DNA of 64,000 nt, taken from Eukaryota sp. TZLM1-RC (lineage: Eukaryota > Protista > Metamonada: BaSk clade). The translations under genes were made by a program, and so were the position numbers. Location of the stretch: NCBI GenBank assembly GCA_040285825.1, contig JAUPSS010000008.1, positions 496,001 to 560,000 of the forward strand, given 5' to 3'. Under the pieces are notes generated by a model that was not told where the DNA came from, ran no database searches, and worked only from the letters and a program-made list of their open reading frames with translations. Below are positions 35,175-46,863 of the stretch, piece after piece (the stretch's first letter is position 1; each line of letters starts with the position of its first letter).

Positions 35175-35930
35175 ATGACTGTTCCTTCTGTCAACCTCCC
35201 GTCTCTTTCTTTCATGAAAGTTGAAAGTGTTCTCTTGTTCCTACAAGAGTGGAAGATCTATTCTTCTGTGACTTCCAAGAAAGAGCTTGTTCCAGCAAGA
35301 CTCTTGGTCGATTCTTTTCTGTTAGAGTCCCTATCTCTCCAGAAATCCGACGTCTCTTCCAGTGACGATGTTCTTCTTAGACATCTACAATTTGTCGTAT
35401 CGTTCGCCACGTACGAAGATTTTAGTCTGGCTATGTCAGAACTGAAGCTTGATGTCCGTATTGGTGACGTCCGAGAACGTATGTCCTGTTACCTGCGACG
35501 TTTCCTCCAGGTAAAGAGTAGGGCTTCCGGACTGAAGTTACCAGACACAGCTTTTCTGAATCGATTTGCCAGAGGAATTCTTCCCGTAGGTCTCCAACGT
35601 TCTCTACTAGCGAGAATTCGAGATGATGTATTCCCAGATCTTCACTCTCTTGTCGAAACCACTACTGTTGAGCTGTTGGACTGCTCTAGGGTTGCTTCAT
35701 GGACTCGTGGTTTCAAAACCTCAGTGAATGATGTGGAACGTACGGCTGGCACTAAAACGAGGTCCTCTTGGCGCTCTCAGGATTTAAAAAATCAATCGTG
35801 CTTCAACTGCCACAAGCCTGGACACTTCTCCCGCGATTGTCCTACTAAAATCAAACATGAGGTAAATTATGTGTGTCACACAAACGATGCACCAAAAAGT
35901 TTAACAAACCCCATATCTTCCCTCTATTGA
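35175..35930 (+). CDS. Gag-like protein (unit 6)
   Basis: 251 aa, intact, S13F variant. Confidence 0.85.
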   Translation: MTVPSVNLPSLSFMKVESVLLFLQEWKIYSSVTSKKELVPARLLVDSFLLESLSLQKSDVSSSDDVLLRHLQFVVSFATYEDFSLAMSELKLDVRIGDVRERMSCYLRRFLQVKSRASGLKLPDTAFLNRFARGILPVGLQRSLLARIRDDVFPDLHSLVETTTVELLDCSRVASWTRGFKTSVNDVERTAGTKTRSSWRSQDLKNQSCFNCHKPGHFSRDCPTKIKHEVNYVCHTNDAPKSLTNPISSLY

Positions 35931-36135
35931 GCCAGTACTGTATTTGTCCTCAGAAAAGTGGGAGAAAGTGGTGTTGTTGTTGAACTCAAATTGAATTAGT
36001 AGGTTTCTTTGTATTTCGACTGATGACGTGATACTCATTTATGAATCAGTTTTATTAATGAACGCAAATTTTCTCTCTCCTTCGTGTGTTCATCTGCCTA
36101 ACGGCATCAATAATTATTGACCCTTTTTATTTCAG

Positions 36136-36828
36136 ATGACTGTTCCTTCTGTCAACCTCCCGTCTCTTTCTTTCATGAAAGTTGAAAGTGTTCTCTTGTT
36201 CCTACAAGAGTGGAAGATCTATTCTTCTGTGACTTCCAAGAAAGAGCTTGTTCCAGCAAGACTCTTGGTCGATTCTTTTCTGTTAGAGTCCCTATCTCTC
36301 CAGAAATCCGACGTCTCTTCCAGTGACGATGTTCTTCTTAGACATCTACAATTTGTCGTATCGTTCGCCACGTACGAAGATTTTAGTCTGGCTATGTCAG
36401 AACTGAAGCTTGATGTCCGTATTGGTGACGTCCGAGAACGTATGTCCTGTTACCTGCGACGTTTCCTCCAGGTAAAGAGTAGGGCTTCCGGACTGAAGTT
36501 ACCAGACACAGCTTTTCTGAATCGATTTGCCAGAGGAATTCTTCCCGTAGGTCTCCAACGTTCTCTACTAGCGAGAATTCGAGATGATGTATTCCCAGAT
36601 CTTCACTCTCTTGTCGAAACCACTACTGTTGAGCTGTTGGACTGCTCTAGGGTTGCTTCATGGACTCGTGGTTTCAAAACCTCAGTGAATGATGTGGAAC
36701 GTACGGCTGGCACTAAAACGAGGTCCTCTTGTTGCTCTCAGGATTTAAAAAATCAACTCATTAAACTTCTGAGCCAAGGACCTAGTGATAAGAGGATTTG
36801 TAGATCGAAATATATGATTGAAGTTTGA
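36136..36828 (+). pseudogene. Gag unit 7, truncated before the zinc knuckle and reading into antisense LINE sequence
   Basis: Gag similarity ends at ~36756 (QDLKNQ). Confidence 0.8.
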
Positions 36829-38760
36829 ACTAAAACACAGTCTTATGATGGTAAATTTGATATGTTTCTGTATATCTAAAATCATCATTCGGTCAATGTT
36901 ATCGGAAATTGACTTCAACTTTTCACACAAACTTTCACAAACTTTTCACTTTTCAAACAATTTTTTGGTAATTTCATCATTATTTCCTGAAAGCGAGCCC
37001 AAAAGACGAATAGCATCAATTGAATATAATTTGCCTTGAATTTCAATACCATCAACTATTGAAGAAACTGGAGAATTCGATAACAAAACACATTTAAGTG
37101 AATTAAGTCGGAGGCCAATTCTGGTAAATAATTCTTTAAAACATACAGTTGTTGTTTTTACAATATTTAAATCACCTATAAGAACAACATCATCCATATA
37201 TGCAATCATTTTCAGGAAAGGAAACATCTCTTGAATTTGCAGTAAAATAGGATGAATGGCCAAACAAAACAAAAGAGGCCCTAACGGATCTCCTTGCTTT
37301 ACACCACTGGATGAACTTAAAATGTTATTACCAAAATGTAAATTAGAATGTGTGCAATATGTTGATTGAAAATACGGTATTAATTCCGGCATATATTGCA
37401 ATAGCGCACCATGGATACTGCGACGACTTAGTGAATTGAATGCATTACTACAATCCAATGACATACAAACATTGGATTCATTTTGGCGAAATAAAACATC
37501 AGTAGCAAATATCGCTGAAGAGACTCCATCTGTGGTATTAATACCATATTGAAAGGGTAATAAAATTTTTTTTGCTTTCTCATTGAACCTGCTTAAGCAA
37601 CACGCAGAAAAAATATTTTGTAAGCTCTCAGAGACTGCAATAGGACGAACATCCATTTTTGAATTTTTGACAAGTGCAGTCAAACAAGAACTTCTTAATT
37701 CTTCTGGGTATTTGAGAAAAAAAAAGTTTGTTGAAAAAGTTTGTTGAAAAATTTGGTTAATAAACCAAGACAATCCTCTGAAGAAATAATTGCGGCTTTT
37801 ACATGATCAATAGTAATACCAGAAAGTCCGGCAGACTTACCGCGTGGTCTCTTTTTGATCAACGAAAAAACTTCTGATGGCATCAATGGATAATTTTTCC
37901 AGTATGTGCCATAAAATTTTTGATCCATTATAGGGTCTTCATAAGGATGAAGTATTTTTAGTTTATCTATTGTATTTTCATTGTTGGGTCCTTTAACTCC
38001 GGGACTTAAAGCTGACAAAGCCTTGGACCATTTGTTGTCAAAGCATTTGTCTTCAAAAATTTTACTTAATTTCTCGACTGATTGATTTCTCGGCGCTATA
38101 TTAGTTAAATCTTCGGAATTATTTACAAAATTTTGTTCAAAAGGAGGACAAAAGGAACCAAAAAATTCCCAAATAATATTGATAGCATACTTTCCTTTAC
38201 ATAATTGATCCAAAAATCTTTGAAAAACGAAAGCAAATTCATTGCATTTGGTCGGATGAATTTCTTGAGGTATTCTTATAAGAGGATGGTAGTTATCAAC
38301 TATGCGGCATTTCAAGCATCGATCAGAAGTTTTTCCTTTTGCATTTTTTCTAAAAGAAATACCACAATTGTTGCAAGTTTTGTGCTTCAATCGATTGCTA
38401 ACTGCTTTTGCAACAACTTGTGGATCACTTATGGGTTCTACCTTAGACTCTTTTCTTCTAATAAATTTTCTTTTACATTTTGTTTCAGAATTTGCCACAT
38501 TATTTTTTTCCCACATTGGGGCATGTTCGAGCATTATGTCCTTGTTGTCGACACTTTGAGCATCTGTAGGAGCGTGGCTTTGTTTTTGAACAAACTTTGT
38601 TTTCATCGTGATTTTCTAAAAATTCTTGATCAGAATTTTTTTTGTCCAAAAATGAAGAAAGAAAAGGATGAGGAGGAGAGTTGGAAAGGACGTCTTGAGC
38701 ATCTTATTGTCTATCGTTCTTTCTTTTGACTCCATTAGAATCAGAAAATGATTCAGGCAT
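36755..38760 (-). mobile_element. Family-B CRE-like LINE, 5' two-thirds (zinc knuckle, C4 finger, RT), frameshifted
   Basis: An alternate frame at ~38510-38590 reads RCSKCRQQGHNARTCP; also CNNC..CLKC and RT motifs QGDPLGPLLF/YMDD. Confidence 0.9.
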
Positions 38761-38839
38761 CAACAAAAAAGAATAGAAGCAATGATCGCGGTTCAGACAG
38801 GTTGTAAGTTAAACGTTTTTATGTAGAGGAAGGAAAAAA

Positions 38840-39950
38840 AATTTCCTTGAAGATATTCATTTGCTTAATCCTTCATTTTCAAAATATTTGTATGACCTTG
38901 ATGTTGCTATTAATAAAATTGCACCAGAAATTTGGTGTCAATGCTTTCCCGACTCAGTTCAATAGATTCCTTCACGAAATTTAGTTAATTTAAGGTATTG
39001 TGTGAAGAAACTTCAACAAAAACTGACAGTAATACTTGAAGGCTTGGATTATGAAGTACGTCTTGGCATGGCCAAGAAAACAAATCCCGCTTTTGCAAAT
39101 TTTTTACTGGATGTTTGTGATAGTTCTGCCTCTTGTTTGATAAATCAAATACCAAGAGTTTATGGTTTGTTTCTCAATGACCCTTGCTTTTTGTTATCTA
39201 TGCGTCCTCGATCTTTTATTTGGCCTGATAATCTTCCTCATGGATTAATTTGTAAATGTGGAAAGACTGTCACTCCAACCCAATTATTTAATTGTAATCG
39301 TTTTATTACTTTTAGATCAAACGTACATGATGCAGTTTGTGATCAGCTTTATTGTATGTTTAAGTTTTACAAGATTGAATCTTTTTTAGAACCTTTGCTT
39401 TCAAATTTGGCTGATGAATCTGACAGAAATTCTTTTGGTGACAGCCGTGGTGATGTGCTAGTTCCCGGACTTGATGAATCATTGATCATTATTGATGTCA
39501 GATCTACTGATGTATCAAAAAGCTCAAATGAAAAAATGGCACAGTCTTATAATTCACCTTTACGTAGAGCCGAAGAAGCGAAAATTATTAAGTACACAGA
39601 AAAAATCAATAATCTGAATTCCAACTCACATACTCAATACCTTCGTTGTCCTTTTGCTTTTTCTTTATTTAGAACCTTTATTTAAACTGCGTTATCTTTT
39701 TTGGACAATTTCTCATCTGTTGTCAAAAATAGAACTGGAAGAATATTTGACTGAACCTTTTGGCAAAATAGAATTGTATTTTTTCTTTTTAAGGGAATGT
39801 ATAGCCTTGTTTCTAGCTCGTTGTTATCACTAGAAAAATTTTATGAAGAAAAAGCTGTAGGTAAGTTTTCAATAGTAGATGTGGAGTTTGAGGAGATAGA
39901 TTTTTAGTTTTTTACAATTTTGTTTGAATAAAATATGTATAAAAAAAAGG
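38840..39950 (+). mobile_element. 3' part (RLE) of family-A-related LINE with A-tail
   Basis: ORF 39002-39685 CKCGK..HDAVCDQ..RGDVLV..IDV; AATAAA and A-run at ~39927-39948. Confidence 0.88.
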
Positions 39951-39959
39951 TTTTCATTT

Positions 39960-40410
39960 GAAATGCATACTTTCTCAAGCATCATTCAAACTTATCCCAT
40001 TAACTTTCATCCTTGGTGAGATCGTCCACAGATGTTCTAGAATCCTCGAATAATTGGCCACCAATCTCAGTGAGCCCATTTCTCCTCTAGAATAATACGT
40101 AGCTTTGAAGCTAGTTTCTTTGTGGTCTCTGGAACGCTTCTGGTCTTGTTCCATAGTAGTGCTCACTAATGCAATTTCTAGATGATTTAGTGATGCAGAA
40201 ATGTCTCTAGACCTTACTTAATTACATTCCCGACAACTGAAATAGGCGTTGTGAACTTTAACTTCACCATCAACTTCTCGATAGATCTTTTGGTGTAGCA
40301 TTTTGCAGCAGTTCACCTTTGCAGATGTCATGTATTCATCTCCGATCTTTACATTACCAAATGAACATTGTAACAACTTGAGAAATGCCTTACGTGGAGT
40401 TTTCACTTTT
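39960..40410 (-). pseudogene. Fanzor/TnpB-like C-terminal fragment, family D
   Basis: KTPRKAFLK..GDEYMTSAKVNCC..FSCRECN, followed by a (D)RDISASLN-like segment. Confidence 0.7.
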
Positions 40411-40869
40411 AAGAACTATACTTTAACTGACTATAGTTCTGTAATTTAGAAACTTATTTATGAATTGAAGCAAATCCTCAATTAAATTGATTAAATGTTC
40501 AATCCATCAAAGACAATTCTCTTGTTGATAAATCTAATTGTGTGATGAAGCCTTAAGTAAGAACCTTCTGTCCTATGTGCTAGATTAAATGAATTAGAAG
40601 TGTTATTCAATTAGTGACGGTAGTATTATAGGTGAGTTAAATTGTAACTAAAAGTGCTAATACTCACCACATAACTAATAGTTCCAAAATAAAATATTAT
40701 CGATTCATGTTTTATTATAGTGTTCGTTCAAGTGTTGGTAAAAAGAATAGTGTTGGTGAAAGAAGTGGTTTGGTGAAAGAAGGATTTTATAATTATGTGC
40801 ACAAAAAGAAAGCCACTAATGAACAATTGATAATTCCTTAATAAACAATTTAAAACCAAATTGCTACTT

Positions 40870-41420
40870 CGTACAGAGTTTACGCAAATACCTGTATGAA
40901 ATAGCAACGCCAATGGCATGGGTACCGACACAGGAAGAAATCAGGAATCTAGGCTTCCATCCGAGAACTATACTAGACCAACTGCTGATCAATGGAGATC
41001 GCCGAGCCCTGCGCCGCAACAAGTTTGATTTCTTTAAAAGAATGCAAAAAAAAAGAATAATTGGATTTATTGAAAAAATTAAACTAATGGCTAATGGAAG
41101 AGAAACCATAATTTGGTTTGGTAGTGGAGGTGATGGGCCATCAAGACAATCTGTGAAAACCCCAAGGAAGCGCTTTTTGAAGGAGGTTCAGAAACATTTT
41201 ACATATGTGAAGCCTAATGGAGATGAATTCTACACATCTGCCAAAACGAATTGTGTAAGGTATTCAATCAAAAGTTGTATCACGGTGATGGGAGGGTGAA
41301 CAACGATAAGTTTGTATGCCCTCAATGTCAGACATTCTGATCGAGCGACATCTCAGCCTCCAGAAACGAGCTGGAGATTGCAAGAAGAAGCAAGAGCCCT
41401 CAAGACCTTCCACCAGTCGG
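40870..41420 (+). pseudogene. Fanzor/TnpB-like fragment, family D (second copy)
   Basis: IIWFGSG..KTPRKRFLK..GDEFYTSAKTNC, then frameshifted VCPQC..SDISASRN. Confidence 0.7.
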
Positions 41421-41429
41421 AACAATTGA

Positions 41430-42340
41430 ATGAATTTAATTCGCTATTTTACACCATGACTAATGCATCTAATGAAGACAGTTTTATCAGATCTTATGAA
41501 GCACTACAGAATTTTGTTGGAGTGTCAAACTCACTCTTAGTCTATTTTAATAAGACTTGGCTGCCTTTTAAATCGAGATTTGTAAAATATGAGGTCAATC
41601 AAACAGTCAATCTTGGGGTCAGAACAACTTCAAGAGTTGAAAGTCTGCACAAGTCCCTGAAAGATCACTTGATTTACTCCACTGGTGGCTTGAGTGATGT
41701 ATTCAGTAAGCTGAAAATTGTATTTACTGAACAAAATCGACTACACGAGACCGAGGTCTCATCAGAATACTTACGTGCTTATCAGTTTTCCGAACACCAC
41801 ATTTTCCGAGATTTGAACCAAAAAATCTCTGGCTATATCATGAACAAGTTGCTCAAAATTCTTGATGAAGTCAATACTGATGAAGAAAATAGAACTTATG
41901 ATGACCAAACATTATTAGCACATGGACTTCCAACCTATCCAACAATTTCCAATGCAAAAATCAACAGAGAACCATTAACAATGGAGAGTGTACATGTCCA
42001 TTGGCACCTGTTTCCTCTTATGGAAGAATTAGAACCTGGCAATGTTGAAGTTGCCGAAAATCCCGAGCAACAGAATGTTGAGGAACAATCACAACAGCAG
42101 TCAGAATATGATGTGGTGTTGAATGAACTGCATATGCTTTCAGAAACCAGCAAGGTGATGATTCTCCCAAAGCTCAAAGAACTTCTAGATATTGGCTTGA
42201 AAGGTCCACAACCACCTGTTGTTGCAACAAAGCGCACCAGAGGTAGACCACCAGGATCAAAGAATAAACAAATTAGACAAAGGAGAGACCCATCGTTGTT
42301 TGAGCATGTAAGAGAGACAGTCATCAGTAGTCAACAATAA
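41430..42340 (+). mobile_element. MULE/MuDR (FAR1-like) transposase C-terminal fragment
   Basis: YFNKTWLPFKSRFV..NLGVRTTSRVESLHKSLK; HVHWHL; RTRGRPPGSKNK..RRDPSLFEHV. Confidence 0.8.
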
Positions 42341-42454
42341 AATGGTGTTTATTATCCAGTATCAAGAACATTTGGATTTGACTGAAGTCATCACAGAACA
42401 AGTGAGGAGATTGATTTTGTATCTAGTCAATTTTGTAACTAGTTTTGGATTTAG

Positions 42455-43790
42455 TCAGTAGACCTCTCGTCACTAGACCTTTGGCTCAAAAGTTTAATGA
42501 GTTACGTGCAAAAGTTCTGTCTCAATTACTGGGATGTAAAATGTTTCAAATTCCAGATCATGCTTACCTTAGTCCACAATATGGTGGTTTAGGGTGGACG
42601 AAGGCTTCTATTCTTACCTCGTGTGCTTTTGTTGGTGGATGCAGAAATGCAATCTTTGAGTTCTCCGAAAGATTTGCAGATTGGGAAGATTTATTGATGA
42701 CAACGCAAAGTTCCACTGTTTTTGCATTAAATGAAGAAATTTCAAGAATTGATATAGAAAAATGGGGTCAATGTTTTCCCCAATCATTCAATGGCAATAT
42801 TCCAGAAAAAAATGTTTTAAATTTGAAGTACACTCTTCGAACATTACAGAAAAGATTGACTGGAATGTATGAAAAAGATCTTTATAATAATATTTGCAGC
42901 TCGGCTGTTTTAAATCAAGATCTTCACTCATTGTTATTGGAAAAGGGTGTTTGTGAAAACAAGGTGTCAGATTCTTCACTTTTTGTAACCATTGTACCAC
43001 GAAGATTTGGATTGTGTGCTACTAATGAAGCATTTGTAACAAAAATGAGATTATATTTGAACATCCCCATTAACCAATTATTATCAAAAGAAAAATGTAT
43101 TTGTTCGAATTCACCTCAACTCACTTTGCGCCATGCTCTAAATTGCTCTAAATTGATAACTTATCGTTCTTCATTACATGATGCTGTTAGAGACACTGTT
43201 TTCAATATGGCACAAACTGCAAGGATATCGTGTATCAAAGAGCCCCTGCTGAAAGAAACACTTTCTCTGAATAATTTTGGTTCTGATGATAGAGGTGATG
43301 TATACTGTGATTGGATTGATAATTCTGAAGCTATTGTTGACTTTGTCTCATGTAATGTTGCAAACGATACTTTGGTTCACAGAAGAAAACTTAATCCTGT
43401 GGCTGCTCTGGATTTTAAAGCAAAAGAAAAACATAGAAAATATGATAAAGAAATTGAAGATGCAAATATCGATAGAAATACACAGCTGGTTTTTATTGCT
43501 TTTCCATTTTCGATAAATGGAAGATTATCAGTTGAAGCAGAAACTTTTTTGGATGACTTCCAAAAAATGGTGAAAGAAAAAACAATGAAAAGATTTGATA
43601 TTCTTTTATGGCGCTTTCGGATTCAATTTGCCATTATTAATAGGTTACCTCGGTTTTTCCATCGAATAAGAGGAGCTTTAGCTAGAAAGCAAGCAGATCA
43701 AGATTTTGTAGAGGAAATCTTGGTTTAATGATAGTCGTCCCATTAGTTATGATTTAATTTAATCAAGTGTGCAAATTCAATAAATTAATT
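42455..43790 (+). mobile_element. Family-B CRE-like LINE 3' portion (intact RLE region)
   Basis: GGLGW, CIC..HALNC..HDAVRD, RGDVYCD..VDF..KEKHRKY..FPFSINGR. Confidence 0.9.
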
Positions 43791-43830
43791 TAGTCAGTCT
43801 CATAAAAAATTCTGAGCAATAAATAGCTTG

Positions 43831-44983
43831 ATGCAATCTTACATGTTCCAAAAAACTCCAGCGTCCATACCACTATCTAAGGTACCTACATGGGAACAAC
43901 ACGGGCTCCATCCTGTTACTGTCAAAACACCATTCACTTACTCATCTAACATCAACTCAAAAGTTTCTCTGTATAGGGGCGACTCAACCAAACTCAAAAT
44001 TGATTCTATTGTCAATGCTGCCAATTCCAGCCTTTTGGGTGGCGGAGGTATCGATGGTGTGATTCACCGTGCAGCCGGACCAAAGCTACTCCAATACTGT
44101 AGGCAACTCAATGGCTGTCCTACTGGGAAGACGAAAAAGAGTCCTGGATTCAAGCTACCTTGTAAATTCATTCTGCACACGGTCGGCCCTATTGGTGAAA
44201 ACGAAGCTGCTCTCAAATCTTGTTATAAGACCTGCATGGATTTCGTCGATGGTAAGGACATTAGATCTATCGCTTTTTGTGCTATCAGTACTGGTATCTA
44301 TGGTTATCCAAAGGATCGTGCATGTTTGTTTTTTGTTAATTTATCTTATCCTAGGCAGAGTTGCATTGAATTACATTAGAGAATGGTTGGAAGTACCTGA
44401 GAACATGGAAAAGGTGGACAGGATTGTCTTTGTGGTTTTTGATGCTCCCACTGTTGACACTTATACTAGCTTTTTCCCGGTCTATTTTCCAAAAGAAAAT
44501 ACAATTATTAAAAAAGATGAATTTGATTTGTCTGATTCTTCCTGCTATGAAGAGAAAGTAGACAGTGGAGCCATGTCTGTTGATTCTGATGAAGATAAAC
44601 CTCAAGGGAAAAATTCTGTTCAATCCAAAGAGGAAAACGTGGTTGATGAGCAACAGCCTATGATTACTGATGATCAAGTGGGTGATGAAGACGAAGTTGA
44701 AACACGCAAAGAAGAAACAGCAGAAGTAGAAGAAAAAGACGAAGTTGAAACAGGGAAAGAAGAAACAGCAGAAGTAGAAGAAAAAGACGAAGTTGAAAAA
44801 GTTATAGAAGAAAAAGACGAAGTTGAAAAAGTTATAGAAGAAAAAGTAGAGGCAAAAGACGAAGTTGAAACAGGGGAAGAAGAAATAGAGAGACAAGCGT
44901 ATTTAAAACAGGATGGAATTGTGGAAGGAGAACGATCAATTGAAAGTGATTCGTCCGATTTGTTAAATTACAATAGTGAATAA
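43831..44983 (+). CDS. Macro-domain ADP-ribosylhydrolase (MacroD-like) with acidic repetitive tail; intron 44324-44354
   Basis: GDSTKLKIDSIVNAANSSLLGGGGIDGVIHRAAG, HTVGP, ISTGIYGYP. Removing the 31-nt GTTTGT...CCTAG intron joins the two ORFs in frame (DRA-C-RVAL). Start is ATG 43831 or 43843. Confidence 0.92.
44685..44885 (+). repeat. Coding tandem repeats (EEKDEVE[T/K]...)
   Basis: GACGAAGTTGAAA recurs five times with 30-51 bp spacing. Confidence 0.85.
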
Positions 44984-46821
44984 TTTCTGATTTTAAATAC
45001 AATTGGTTAAGTCTAAATATTTCAATCTTATCTATTCACCTTGACTTATTCTTGTAACTCCAGTTGTTGCCTTTGGTCGGAGAATTAGAAGAAAGAGAAT
45101 GTCACAAATTTATTTTATTTAAACAGAAAGTCCAACATTGAAGAACAACAAAAGTTGGAATGAATTTGATCAAATGTTCTAGGAATCAACTTCATCTGTA
45201 TGACATACACAGTTTGCTCTTCTGGACTACTTGGTGAATATTTATGCACACAAAAAGAGTGGCTTGGGGAAGAATGCAGATGTAGATGAATCTATGGCCT
45301 CTAATACTGAGTAATTGGAAGCTTACCCTGATTAGACCTCAGAACAATTCACCAATGATGAACACGTGATGTATCCTTATCACGTTCTTGGAGTAGATTT
45401 TGTATAATAAGTTGTTTAATATTTATTTATAGTTTTCAACAACAAATATACATGAAATTCAAAAAATTGCGCAAAAAGGGGTTTGTAAGCCTCATTTGAG
45501 AATCTTGCCTATAAATCTGTTTGAATCGATGAGTTTCCAACTAGTTGACGGTGTTAAATTTTGGGAAACCAGACAAAACAGTTGAAAAAATTAGAGTTTG
45601 ATATCCATGACGAAGAAAGAGACAGAAAATATCTATTCGTTACGAGCTTACAATGCGTAAATAATTCAAAAGTCTGTAGAATAGAAATCGTAATGCTCCT
45701 GAGAAGACGATGTCAGCATATGGAAGATAACAAGGAACAAATTGGGTCTATCTCTATGATGGTAAAAAACGATTTTTCCTATCACCAATCAACGTCAAAT
45801 ACTGAGCTTGTATTGCATTATGTCACCACCTATAATGTTAATATTTTTTCTTCTCCTTCAAACAATGACTAAACGAGATTCTTAAAATACGAGATTGAAT
45901 CTCTTAAAATCTGAGAAAATATGCGGTACAAGCATCTGAGAGCTTGAAGTGCTGATTCTTTACAGATGGTCTTGAATGTAGATTTAGAATTGAGTAACCC
46001 TTTTATCAATGCAATGCCACTGTTGAGAACAGTTTCCCTTGCAAAAACTTTAAGAGGAAATGATTCAATCTAAATTGGATAATAAGAATTCAAGACTCTG
46101 ATAGCTCGTACTTTTTTATATATGTCTAATATCTAAATAATGTTCTATCGAAGATGATAAGTCAGACATAAAGTCTCTTTTCATCTGCTTTTTTTCTGAA
46201 GAAGTAAGATAAGAAAAACATTTCATCATTTATCAGTAGAGTTTAAACCTGTCCTTCTCAAAGAATGTTGGGATATTGATGGTGAAACATCTGCAATGAG
46301 AAAAAAGTCTCGTCAATTAGTTCGCTTTTAATTGATGGACATATCCCATTTCTACGTCCCACTTCTAAAGAAAAGAAGTATCCAAAATTTGATCTTTCGT
46401 CGAAATCAATTTGTATTTAAGAGCCATGTTCCACATTAATAATTATTGAGAAGATGAGGATAGTAAGCTCTTTCATGCTCTGCCTTTGAAACAATCTTGT
46501 ATAGCATCTTATATCAAACTTCACAAGACAAGTATATTAGACTTGTTGTATGCCGAAATTAGAGACATTCTTGGTCAAAGTTCTGCTTATCAATGGAATG
46601 ATCAAGCTGCTGATTTGTTCCTATGGACACTATTTTGAAAATCGACAAGATTAAAAACACCAAACTGTATTCAGAAAGTTCAAAGTACATCTTGTCTAGC
46701 ATCGGGACTGTTGGAGTAGCAGTTTCGTTCATTCAATCCAGAATGGACTTGAAACAATACAAGGAAATACAAGGAAACTGCAAAGGAATTAGATAAAATG
46801 AACAATTTATTGATTGGGTCT

Positions 46822-46863
46822 GCACTCATTTCATTGCTATAGACAATATCTGTAATATGAATG
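46822..46863 (+). promoter_or_regulatory. Second type of start-adjacent leader motif (shared with 56203-56241)
   Basis: CACTCATTTCATTGCTATAGACAATATCTGTAATATGAATG vs CACTTATTTCATTGTAATAGATAATATCTGTAACAATG. Confidence 0.7.

Larger units (their letters stand above)
30200..36756 (+). mobile_element. Tandem array of a gag-only LTR retroelement: (LTR-gag-PPT) x6 plus a partial 7th unit, unit ~961-962 bp
   Basis: About 139-bp LTR-like segments TGTTG...CATCA start at 30203, 31165, 32127, 33088, 34050, 35011 and 35972. Each internal one is preceded by the purine tract AGAAAAGTGGGAGAAAGTGG. Gag ORF has CX2CX4HX4C; no protease, RT or integrase. Confidence 0.9.

Noticed and set aside
30200-36756. CRISPR-like or repeat-spacer array
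   Set aside because: Units are near-identical over their whole ~962 bp with no variable spacers; the LTR/gag/PPT structure explains them.
44351-44896. 181-aa Phe-rich minus-strand ORF and other antisense ORFs overlapping real genes
   Set aside because: Shadow frames of the acidic repeat or coding strand.
45000-46800. Possible decayed coding sequence between the MacroD and DOCK-like genes
   Set aside because: Many stops and no motif I can recognise.
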